This document shows positions 53,151 to 64,000 of a DNA stretch of 64,000 nt, piece by piece. This DNA comes from Felis catus (taxonomy: Eukaryota). Below the pieces are notes generated by a model. It did not search any database, was not told the origin of the DNA, and saw only the letters and a list, made by a program, of their open reading frames with translations. The stretch spans positions 190,280,001 to 190,344,000 of the forward strand of contig NC_058368.1 in NCBI RefSeq assembly GCF_018350175.1. The letters are read 5' to 3'. A program made the translations under genes and the position numbers. Every line of letters begins with the position of its first letter. Within the stretch, counting starts at the first letter, position 1.

Positions 53151-56141
53151 ATCCAATCTTAACAATTCTTCCTCCTAGGTATATACTTTGGAGAAACTCT
53201 CAAATATGTTTTCCAGCAGACAACTAGGAAAATGTTTACAGTAAAACAAGTTGTGATAGCAAAACCCTGGAAACAGTACAAATGTTTATCAAATAGGAGG
53301 ATCTATAAATTGTGGTACTGACTACAGTGCATGTTATACAATAGTGAAAATGAATAGCATCTATTCATGTTAGCATGTATGAATCTCACACAATGTTGAA
53401 TAATAGAAGCAATAGAAAAATACATATGATGTAGTTCCATTTATAGAACAGTTCAAAAACAAGATCAAACAATATGTTTGGGAATACATATTAAAAGTGT
53501 AAAGAAAAACAAGAAACCAGTTACACACCACATTCCAAACAGTAGGTGTCTATAGGGTGAAAAGCTGAGAAGGATGACCTGGGAGGCACAAAGAGCTTCA
53601 ACAGAGTGGGGATTGTTCTATCAAGCAAAGGACAGTGTCCATGGTAATTTATTATTGAATCTTTTTTATTTTAACATCTCTGAAATTAGGATGGTTTTTA
53701 AATTGTTGTCAGCTAGGTAGCAGTCCCTGCCTTAGGAATACCTTAACAAATTTATTTCATTAACACTTTCCTTTTAATATAGGCACAAGAGAGATAGACA
53801 ACAAAATATCTAAATCTGAAAGATATCTTTCAGTCAGTATAAAATAAAAATTCTAAGCAACACAAATACTCAAAATTCAGGAACATCAATAAAGAAATAT
53901 ATATTGTTAAGATATATTGTTAAGAAATAATAGAATAATTTAAAATGCCATGTACAAATGAACTGTGTAAATTATGCCTGCAAGTGGAAAATAAGTCCCA
54001 AAATAAAAAAATCATCTTACATTAGAAGTGAGAGTATATATTTAAAAAATGCCTATTGTAAAAAAGGAATTACATTGTCTTTTCAATTTAAAAAAAAGCT
54101 GTAAATAGATTTCACAAGCCTATTAAAATAATTAAATTGTTAATGATAAAAGTTTGATTTGAGAAAAATGATTCTGAGAATCATATATATTGGTGTAAGC
54201 CTGGAGGTTATCCACCCGGCCTTTGCATTCTTCTGTCCAACAATAGTATCTACTAGGTTGGAAGCTGGGATTTCAGTAAAACTTGGGGATATTGTCCTCA
54301 GTGTATGTAGAACACATGTGTGTGGCAGAGGTGGGGGAGATGAGAAACAAGGTACTCCGGCAGAAGTGGTGGCTTGGGAGTATCAGCGACTTTAGTCCTC
54401 TCCAGTCGCTCTGGTGGGTGGCTCTTGTGATTTCTGATATACTAAGACCAATAGATTCTGGGGATTAAGGTATCCTTGGCATTGACTCTTGAAGCAGTGG
54501 GTACAAGTAGAAGGAGAGAGAGAAGCATGTCCTCAAAGACCTGAAAGGGGCTTTGGAGAGGCTTCCTGGGAATATGAGAGGGTATGGGGTACAGGAGAGA
54601 GATAAAGGGGAACACATTCCAAAGCCTTGCACTCAGAGTCCCAAATTTATGCTATGCCAGAGGCTGAATTATCATAGATACAAATGTCTTAATCTCATGA
54701 TTCTGTGGACCATAGCTTTGTCTTTTGTCCTTCTTTTAGTCTTGTTCTACAAGACTGCATTCCACATTCCTACTCCTACACCTCCAAAGCCTTTCTTAAT
54801 ACAAACCTTATCTGTCTACCATGCAGGGTGTTAGCTGAGCCGACCCATGATTTACACAAATGCCACCGAAGCAAAGTAGAGGCTGGGACTTGCACACCAC
54901 AACGTGCTCTGCCAGGCACTTTCTCTGCATTTCCTTTTCTATCTTGACGGTTCATCAAAACACTCACGCGTAAATACCTATTTCAAAGCAACAGGTCTCT
55001 TCCTCCTGGGGGAGATATCAACTGGGACCTCAAGTCAATATATCTTACCAGATAGAGCCAATATTTTTGATAGCAATATTCATCACCATGACAATTCTGC
55101 TGCTGTAAGGGCTATGAAGCAGCAGATGGTTGATTACTAACTAGCGTCCCAAACTAGAAGTCTGGTACCTACATATACATACAAAAGATGGAAAAGGAAT
55201 CTTTGGCCAAGAGCAGAATAAGGTCATTCATGGGGTTGTTGTGATCAAATGGAGTCCTCCAGACAGAAGATGTGCTACGGTGGGAAGAAGCAAGTGCCTC
55301 AAAATATTGAAGGCAGTGTCATGATTGGCAGGATGAAAGTGTTAAGAGAGATGCTGGAGAGCACAGTGGGAATAGGACACACAATGCTTTGTGGTCATGT
55401 GAAGGATTTTAACTTCTGACCTTAGAGTAATGGCAAGTCACTGAAATGTTTTAAATAAGGAGGTGGCTTCATCAAATTTGCACTTTGTAAAGGGCACTAT
55501 CGTTGCTATGAAGAGAAATTTTGGGGGAGGAGGTTGTTGATATGTGACCTTAGGTCACTTCCTATCTTCTGCCACAGGATCCATAAAATGAAGAGATTGG
55601 AGGGGGTGTTTTGAAAGGTACACTTCCATTAGAAATATCCACGTGGGGTAGTCATTCCTTCAATGAAGGACTTGTAGCCCTGGCTGCTGGTAGTCCTGCC
55701 CATGGACAGCCTTTAGTGGGTCTGGAAATTTTCTCTCCTTCAGAGAACTCCCTCACCCAAGGTAACACTTCCCAGAGCACACAGCAAAAAACAATTGATA
55801 TGGAGTGTGAAAATCTGGCCATTTTATCCCAAGGCAGACCATATCTCAAGGGCTATTCTAGCTCAAGAGCTTCCCATGGGGCCAGCATCGCAGCTTGGTT
55901 TCACCCTAGGTGCCTCCTGCTTCCACCCTTTCCTTCCACAGGTGCTGGTCCTAGGGTCACTCCTTAACAACCCTCTCATAAAATGCCATTTCCAAATCTG
56001 CCTCTTGGAGAACAGCCTGTGACACTGTGTTAGTGTAATGTGCTGTGATCTCCTTCCCAGACTCCACGAACCTTGTTGTTGGTGATAGCCAATAAGGGTA
56101 TAATACACTATACATGGCTTTGAATTTAAATAATTTAAAAA

Positions 56142-56360
56142 GGGGGTGCCTGGGTGGCTCAGTCGGTTGAGTGTCTGATTTCGGCTCAGGTCATGATCTC
56201 GCAGTCTGTGAGTTCGAGCCCCGCATCGGGCTCTGTGCTGATGGCTCAGAGCCTGGAGCCTGCTTTGGATTCTGTATCTCCCTCTCTCTCTGACCCTCCC
56301 CTGCTCATGCTCTGTCTCTCTCTCTCTCTCTGTCAAAAATAAATAAAACATTAAAAAAAA
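56142..56360 (+). mobile_element. CAN-SINE (SINEC_Fc2-like)
   Basis: Complete head, CT tract and A-tail. Confidence 0.93.
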
Positions 56361-57332
56361 TTGTTTTAAATGAAAAACATTTCCTTATTGCAAAATTGTT
56401 TCCATTTAGAGGTTTTAGAATATGTAGATATGAAAAAGGAAACATCCCATTGATTGTCTTAATAATTCATTGCTTACTAAAAAAATGGACCCGTTAGACT
56501 TATGCTTCCAGAAAGATGGAGGAGACACATTTTTCCCCATTCCTTTCATTGGAAATGAAGACTCTGAAGACTTTGAAATGTGGAGAGAAGAAGACAGAAC
56601 AGCCAAGGACTGCAGGAAATGAGGAACAACATGGTGGTGTGTTCCCTGTGTTTCTTTTTGCCTTATACATTCCAGGTTTGGAGCTGCAGAGGAAGCTGGT
56701 AATCCTGGAAAAAAGTCCCAACAAAAGCTTTTATCTCTCTAGCCAAAAGACCAGTAAAAGTGCAGCCAAGAAAGACAGCTTTTGGACAAGAACTACTCAG
56801 CTAAACATCACAGAAAAATCCATGCTCCCTGACCCCCCACAACCCATGCAAGCAAGGATCAAGTGGGGAGTCTAGACTAACATCCTCATGAGGCTGTAAC
56901 AAAGCATCCAATATTCCCACTGGGTGGTGTCAGAGAATGACAAGTTAGGAGCTCTGGCTTTTATCCAGCCAGCTGGTAAAGAAGTCCCTCCCCACTCATT
57001 CCCATATCACTGAAGACCATGTAGGGAGCTGGAAATCTCACCTTGCCAGAAAGTAATGAGAAGCACTTCCTATCTCTGGCATGTGAACTGAGGCCAAGTA
57101 GGACACCTGGACTTCTATATTCATAACAAGATGGTGCCCCTCTCCCACCCCACCATTCCCTTGCTGGAGTAGTGTTAGAGGAAGGCTGTTAAAAGAAGTT
57201 TAAATCATACCCAGAGTCTCCTAACATAATACAAAAGCATCCGGGCTTCCACCAAAACATACCTTGTCATGCTGAGAAACAGAAGGATCTCACACTGAAT
57301 TTACTTATATATTTATGTGTTTATTTAAAAAG

Positions 57333-57522
57333 TTTTTATTTACTTAATTTTGAGAGAGAGAGAGAGCGAGTGGGGAAGGGGCAGAGAGAGAGAGACAGAG
57401 AATTCCAAGCAGGCTCCACACTGACAACAGAGACCCCAACATGGGGCTTGAACTCATGAACCATGAGATCATGATCTGAGCCAAAGTTGGACGCTTAACT
57501 GACTGAGCTACTCAGGTGCCCC
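57333..57522 (-). mobile_element. CAN-SINE without an evident TSD
   Basis: SINE body is clear; the flanks do not match. Confidence 0.88.
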
Positions 57523-57959
57523 AAACATACTCTTATCATATGATCCAGAACTGTGCTCCTTGGTTTTACCCAAAGGAGTTGAAAACATGTCCACACAAAC
57601 CTGCACACGGATAGAAGCTTTATTTATAATTGCCTAAACTTGGAAGCAACCAAGGTGATCTTCAGTAGGTAAGTGGAGAGATAAACTCTGATACATCCAA
57701 ACAATGGAATATTATTCAGCAATAGAAGGAAATGAGCTATCAAACTATGAAAAGACATGAAGGAAACTTAAATGCGTATTAGTAATTGAAAGAAGCCAAT
57801 CTAAAAAGGCTACATAATATATGATTCCAACTATATTACACTTTGGAAAAGGTGAAACTAGGGAGACAGTAAAAAAATTAGTGGTTGCCAGAGGTATGGG
57901 GGAGGGAGAGATAAATAGGTTAAGTTCAGGGAATTTTTAGGGCAGCAAAACTTATTCTC

Positions 57960-58042
57960 TTTTTTAAGTGTATTTATTTATTTTGAGAGAGAGAGAGAGA
58001 GAGAGAGCACATGTGTGCTGCATGTGAGTGGGGGAGGGGCAG

Positions 58043-58091
<49 letters not shown>

Positions 58092-58210
58092 CACAAGCAG
58101 GCTCCACACTGTCAGTGCCAATGCGGGGCTTGATCCCATGAACTGTGAGATCATGGTCCAGGCCAAAATCAAGAGCCAGACACTTAACCAACTGATCTAC
58201 CCAGGCACCC
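57960..58210 (-). mobile_element. CAN-SINE with two (GA)n runs
   Basis: Degenerate TSD tagggcag(c/t)aa(a/g)actt. Confidence 0.9.
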
Positions 58211-58710
58211 TAGGGCAGTAAGACTTCTATATGATACTCTAATGGTAGATATATGTCATTATATATTTATCAAAACCCATAGACCTATAACATCAAGAGT
58301 GAACCCCAATGTAAGCTATGGACTTTGTGTAATATGGCGTGTCAATATTGGTTCATCAGTTGTAGCAGAGGTACCAGTCTGGTGGGGAATGTAGATGGTA
58401 GGGGAAGCTATGAGTGGATGGGGAAAGGGGTTACATAAGAACTCTACGCTTTCCACTCAATTTTGCTATGACACTAAAACTCTAAACCTTTGAATATGAA
58501 ATCTCTAAAAAATACAGTCTATTTAAAAATTGGACTTACAGAGCTTTCTCCTGAACCCTGGAAAGAAAACCATTTTTTCCCATTGGGCACGACTCTTCAC
58601 ATGCATTTTGAAATGTGTAAGATTGCTTTCTTTAAGTTGCATATACTCAACAATACATACACAGGGTGATACCAACAGAACTAATAAATGTCAAATCTTT
58701 AAAATAACTT

Positions 58711-58990
58711 CCACTCATATGTGGAAATTTCAGAAATTTAACAGATGAACATGGGGAAGGGAAGGAAAATAAGATAAAAACAGAGAGGGAGGAAAACCAT
58801 AGGAGACTCTTAAATACACAGAACAAAATGAGGGCGGATGGGGGGATGTTAAATGGGTGATGGACATTAAGGAGAGCACTTTTTGGGATGAGCACTGGGT
58901 GTCAGATGTAAGATACGAATCAGTGGGTTCTACTCCTGAAGCCAAGGCTGCACTGTATGTTAACTAACTTGAGAATAAACAACAAAAACA
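58711..58990 (+). mobile_element. Carnivore/feliform L1 3' end
   Basis: cactcatatgtggaa...gagactcttaaatacacagaacaaa...gggatgagcactgggtgt...tatgttaactaacttga plus an A-rich tail. Confidence 0.85.
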
Positions 58991-59462
58991 ACAAACTTAG
59001 AGACCATATGATCCAGTGATTTCCAAAGTTTTGGTACAATTTGTCCTTTAAAATCTTTTTTTATATGAAATCTTAAATGGAACATCATAAACAAAGAGAC
59101 GAATGTTGAGGCGCTCTGGAGTGAACGAGCTCATTGCCTCACTGGGCACCTGGAAAGCATTTTCATGACTTAGAGCCTACGGATTCTGCTTGAGATTCTC
59201 ATTGTGCTGAGAGGAGATATGGCTTGCCCCAGGTTACCCACCAGACTGGTTGAGCTCTGGTCTTTTGACTCTCAGGCCAGAGTTTACTCTATTTGACTCT
59301 GATTCAATTGGAGGGTTCCACAGCCCAGTTTAACATATGTCGGAAGACAAATTGGGACTCAGGTGTGAGAGCTGGGGGCAGATGATAAGGGGACAAAGGA
59401 CAGTAGATTGAGAAGGAAGATAGCCAAATCCTACATAAGTCACAAAGACTGGAATATGCATA

Positions 59463-60509
59463 CAGTAAAACCTTAGTTTGCGAGCATAATTCATTCTGGT
59501 AACATGCTTGTAATCCAAAGCATCTGTATATTAAAGCGAATTTCCCCATCAGAAATAATGGAAACTCAGATGATTCGTTTCACAACCCAAAAATATTAAT
59601 ATAGAAGTGATTACAATACTGTAATATAATACACAATAATAAAGAAAATACACAATATAAAGAAAAATAAATTAACCTGCCCTTACCTTTGAAAACCTTC
59701 ATGTCTGGTGTGAGGGAGACAAGAGAGAGGAGGGTTATTATGTAGGATGATTTTCACTATCACTAACAGAATCACTGCTCTCTATTGGCTCAATGAAATC
59801 TTTTTCTTTTCATGCAACTTTAATAAGGAAAATGACACTTACTTTTGCCTCCTTTTGAGGATTTTGCAGAAACATGATATTGCATTGTCATTAAACAGAT
59901 TCATCGCTCACACTGCTATAGCCTTATTCAGGTGGTGCTTGTCTACAAAATTTTGCACTGTTTCCCACATTTTACACATCTCCCCAATCTCATTTGAAGT
60001 GAAGGATTCCTCTGCCTTTTTCTCCTCCTCTTCTGCAGATGAGATGCAGACCTAGACTTCCAAAATCTTGCAATTTTGGCCACTTGCGTACCTTGTTCCT
60101 ACTTCTCCATGATTTCCTTCTTAACTTCCACTGCAATAATCTCCTTCTTACCACCTTTCTTTTCAACCTTTTTCTGCATGGGGACCATTGTATATGCTCA
60201 ACAGATATTTACTACAATACAGTATTAATAAACTCTTGTCATAAACTGTATTTAATGTAACTGGCAATAAGGCAGAAGAGAAAAGGGTCTCTATCTACAG
60301 GCAGCCTGACCTAGAATGAAGCAAAGCATCCTTAAGCTTATTCCTGTGTGGAAAAGCAAAGGACTGTCCATAGGTGCTTTGAAATGTCAAAAAATACACT
60401 AGTGCCAGTTGTGGGTACCTTCCAACATTCTGAAAAATCACTGATTTCTGCCAAACACCACGGCCTGAGACTGAGCATCTATGCATGGGAGATGATCACC
60501 CACAATCCC

Positions 60510-60540
<31 letters not shown>

Positions 60541-60696
60541 ACCATTGGCTCAGTTGTGATCATGTGATGTTCAGCATCATGTATTACTTGTTTTGCAAGA
60601 AAATTTATCATTTATCCAGTTAAAATTTATTAGAAATGTTTGCTCATCTTGCAGAACACTCGCAGAGCAAGTTATTCACAATCCAAGGTTTTACTG
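59463..60696 (-). mobile_element. Internally deleted pogo/Tigger-type DNA transposon (1234 bp)
   Basis: TA|CAGTAAAACCTT ... AAGGTTTTACTG|TA (perfect 12-bp outer TIR, TA TSD); minus strand carries disabled transposase N- and C-terminal fragments. Confidence 0.88.
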
Positions 60697-61069
60697 TATA
60701 TAGGACACAGGATCCCCGTGGAGGTCTGAAGTAATAAAATATGTATCTGTCCTTTGGAGGCCCAAGGTTCTAAGACCTCATTCTGTACCTGAAATAGATA
60801 GAATCAAGTGGGTAAAGACCTTCTCAGGTAACTGCAGAGAAGCAGCTTCTGGACTTGCAGTGGGTTGGACCACTATGCCTACAGCCTCTAGGAGAGTAGC
60901 TGGCACTTAGTTGATGTGCAATATTTAATGGCAAATGAGCAAATTTATTAGAACACAGATACGACATTAAACTCTAAAAATATAAGAGGACATTAGGAAA
61001 TTAATTCCAATCTTTGAATGACAGAGTCCCACAGAAAGGCCTCTCCTCTTTAAAATGGTAATATGTAGA

Positions 61070-61250
61070 CTACTGATCTTGTCCTTATTTAAAATTATAA
61101 CATTTTATCCATTATGGATTTTTTTTGCCTTAATTTTTATCTTTAAAGTATTGCATTTAAATATTATTTATCTTGATTATTGAGTGTTGCTCCCTTTCTT
61201 AATGTTGCATCTGAGGCAAGTGCCTCACACCTGACCCTAGTCCCAGTCCT
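61070..61250. mobile_element. MER91/MER96-like hAT MITE fragment
   Basis: aatattatttatcttgatta...gaggcaagtgcctcac...accctagtcccagtcctg. Confidence 0.5.
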
Positions 61251-61284
61251 GATAGGAAGTAATATCAAAAGCAGGCAGTTCATA

Positions 61285-61439
61285 GGGCACCTGTGTGGCT
61301 CAGTCAGTTGAGCGTCTGACTTGTGATTTTGGCTCAGGTCATGGTCTCACCAACAGTGAGATCAAGCCCCACATCAGTTCCATACTGGGCATGGAGCCTG
61401 CCTGTGGGTATCCCCACTGCCCCCCCCCAAAAAAAAAAA
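61285..61439 (+). mobile_element. Old CAN-SINE
   Basis: Head plus C/A tail; agcaggcag TSD-like flanks. Confidence 0.8.
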
Positions 61440-62559
61440 CACCAGCAGGCAGCTTGTAATTTTACACACTTGCGATGTGTGTGTAACAGCATGGAGTTTT
61501 TCTTCTTTCTTCTGCTTTTGTTCAATATTCATCTTTCAACAGAAATGTATTTAGCCCTGGCTATGTGGGAGACAATGCTGGGAATGTCAGAGCTGATGCC
61601 CGAAAAATCAGGAACTAAGCTCTCACCACGTAAATAAAGCAGGTGGATAATTACAACTTAAGGTAGAGAGGTGCGGTAAGTACAGAAACAAGGCTATAAA
61701 GAGGGTACAGAGGTAATTTTTATTTGGGCAAACTTGGAGAAACCTTTTGGAGAAGGTCACTTTTGAGATGGACCTTAAAAAGGACCTTAAATAGGTTGGA
61801 TATAGCCCAGATTCTTTGGGGAGTGTGTAGGAAATAAATTTAGCAACCAATGAAATGGGTAGACTTTGTGATGATTCAAAAATAGTTACAATAATGGCAG
61901 GGCTACTTTTTCCTTGGTGAAACCTCACGTAATAATGTAAATGCAGACTTTAACCACAGTAACAGCTACAACAAATAATTCAAAAGGGCTTACCTGCCTT
62001 TTTGCAGGATTCTAAATCCTTTTTAAGTTCTTCAGCCTGCAAGAGCTAACTGAAATTGTCCCTCAGTGATACCTCATATGTGGCACTGAAATCTTGCTGT
62101 TGTAGAAGTCTAAACTGGGGATAGTTCCCAGATTTCAAGGTTACTGCTGCCCCCTGCTGCCATGGAAAGTTGTAGCAAGCAAAACAAACTGCGGGCATCC
62201 TCCACTCCCCATTTGTCACAGGCAGGTCTGGGGTGTTGAGATCTTTGTTAGTGATAAGGTCTGTAGTACCCGTGAGACAACGACATGAAAACTGTGATTA
62301 CAAATTGAAACTACAGAGCAGATTGTAGGGTAACAATGCTTTAGCAATGACTCTCACCCAAAGTGCATTGTTTAAACAATATATATGAGCTGATAAAAAT
62401 CATATGTCAGGAAGCAAAAGGGACTGGAGATGAAAAATTTAATTTGCTAGCCTCCATTTCTTCTACTTGGGCTGATTAACAAGCAAAGATACAATGTAAT
62501 TGACTAATATCAGCTCAGAGATTATTATTTACGAACTTGTCTATTAATGATAGAGGTAG

Positions 62560-63790
62560 TAATACCAACAAAATGGAAATCGGGGTAAGTGGTGCTGGAA
62601 CAGTTGGACTCCCATGTGCAAAAAGAAAAGAAAAGAAAAAGAAAAAAAAGAGACAAAAGGAAAAGAAGAAGAAGAAGAAGAAGAAGAAGAAGAAGAAGAG
62701 AAAGAAAGAAAGAAAGAAAGAAAGAGAAAGAAAGAAAGAGAAAGAAAAAAGAAAACATGGGAAAAATCTTTGTGACGTTGGATTAGGTAAAGATTTCTTT
62801 ATAGAGTAGACAAAGTATGAACCATAAAAAGAAAACAGTTGATAAATAGTACTTCATCAAAACTAAAAACTTCTGTTCTTTGAAAGACACTATTAAGAAA
62901 AAAATATTAGGAAATATTTATAAAACCCATTTCTGATAAAGGATTTGTATCTTGGGTGTGTGTGTGTGTGTGCCCCTGAGATCTTATAATGCAATACTAA
63001 GAAAACAAAGAAACCAATTAAAAAATGGGCAAAAAATTTGAACAGATAGTTCACCAAAGAAGATACATGTGGCAAATAAGTGCACAAAAGATATTCAACA
63101 CTGGGGGAATACAAACTAAAACACTACATAGCTATTAAAAATAACAATAAAAGGAAAATACCAAGTGCAGTTGAAAATGTAGGGTAACTGTGAACCTCAT
63201 AGTTTGCTAGCAGACATGAAAAATGATACAGCTTCTTTAGAAAACTGTTTGACACTTACACAGATAAACAGATAAGTATAATAAGGCCTAGCAATCCCAT
63301 TCCTATGTAGTTATTCGAAATAAATGAAAGCATGTGTATATAAATGTTTATAGGAAAACAGCCCAAATGTCCATCAACTGGTAAACAAATAAACGAATTA
63401 TGGTGCATCCACACAATAGAATACTCTCCACCTGTAAAAAGGAACAAAGTGTTGATACATTCAACAATGCTAATGAACCTCAAAGGTTTTTACATGAAAC
63501 ATCTACATATTATATGATTGCATTTATATGACATTCTGGAAAAGGCAAAGCCATATGAACAGAAATAAGATCAATGGCTACTAGGCATTGGGGGTGAAGA
63601 GAGGGGATTGAATACAAAGCGTGGCATAAAAGAATTACTTGGGGTGATACAAATATTTTATATTTTAATTCTGGTGGTGGTTGTTCTATGACAGTAGATA
63701 TTCATCAAAACTCATCGAACTGAAATTGACCTGAAGTTAATTTTACTGTATGTAAATTATTTCTAAATAAACTAACCTTAAAAAAATCAA
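62560..63790 (+). mobile_element. Old L1 (L1MB/L1MC-like) ORF2-end and 3' UTR
   Basis: tggtgctggaacagttgg, acttcatcaaaactaaaaacttctgttc, aaaaaatgggcaaaa, cccaaatgtccatcaactgg motifs. Confidence 0.8.
62620..62756. repeat. Compound purine microsatellite including (GAA)11 and (GAAA)n
   Basis: (GAA)11 at 62665-62697; almost pure A/G for about 137 nt. Confidence 0.95.
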
Positions 63791-64000
63791 CAGGGTAGAG
63801 AAAATATATTTGCTGCCATTTAGGCTCAAATGATAAATAATGATGTTTTTTATAATGTACCTAGCTACTAGAGGCAAGATGCCAGTACCATGGACCTCTG
63901 CCTGTTTCCGCCCCTCACCTACCACTCTTTCCATGCCCATTAGTTATACAGCACACGGGCCCCCTTGTGCTGTCTCTGTAACTCTGGAAGATCACAGCAG

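Larger units (their letters stand above)
56490..58529 (+). mobile_element. L1MC-like element: putative 5' end joined to the 3' end, containing two SINEs
   Basis: 57523-58529 is clear L1 ORF2-end/3' UTR (aacttggaagcaacc, aatggaatattattcagcaat, caagagtgaaccccaatgtaagctatggacttt); 56490-57300 resembles an L1M 5' end (less certain). Confidence 0.6.

Noticed and set aside
55863..56351. Recurring 'MAQSV...SQFVSSSP' and 'MFYLFLTERER' ORFs (also 6068, 16017, 21044, 33280, 57964)
   Set aside because: Translations of CAN-SINEs, not a gene family.
62525..62809. Lys/Arg-rich and Leu/Phe-rich ORFs (also 24091-24372, 10646-11006)
   Set aside because: Microsatellite translations.

Overview
Mammalian genomic DNA from a carnivore, most likely a felid: about 17 tRNA-derived CAN-SINEs include young SINEC_Fc-type copies, and there are feline-type L1 3' ends. 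Two protein-coding genes are arranged divergently. ITK (Tec-family T-cell kinase) is on the minus strand, with coding exons 1-7 (713 nt; PH, Tec-homology and SH3 regions) from 37172 down to 3330, and continues off the left edge. GARIN3/FAM71B is on the plus strand, complete, with two coding exons (49799-50419 and 51211-52395; 601 aa). The rest is intron or intergenic sequence rich in SINE, L1, L2/MIR, MaLR LTR and DNA-transposon relics. I see no evidence for a wholly new multi-gene system. The best second-look items are an apparent L1 3'-transduction insertion, a 12-codon ITK uORF whose stop overlaps the ITK start (AUGA), a perfect 4-unit heat-shock element next to an AP-1 dyad in ITK intron 4, a MADE2-like hairpin with matched changes on both arms, a 1.23-kb internally deleted pogo/Tigger transposon, inverted SINE pairs around ITK exon 2, and probable start-codon turnover in GARIN3. 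Repeat family names and human comparisons are from memory and were not computed.
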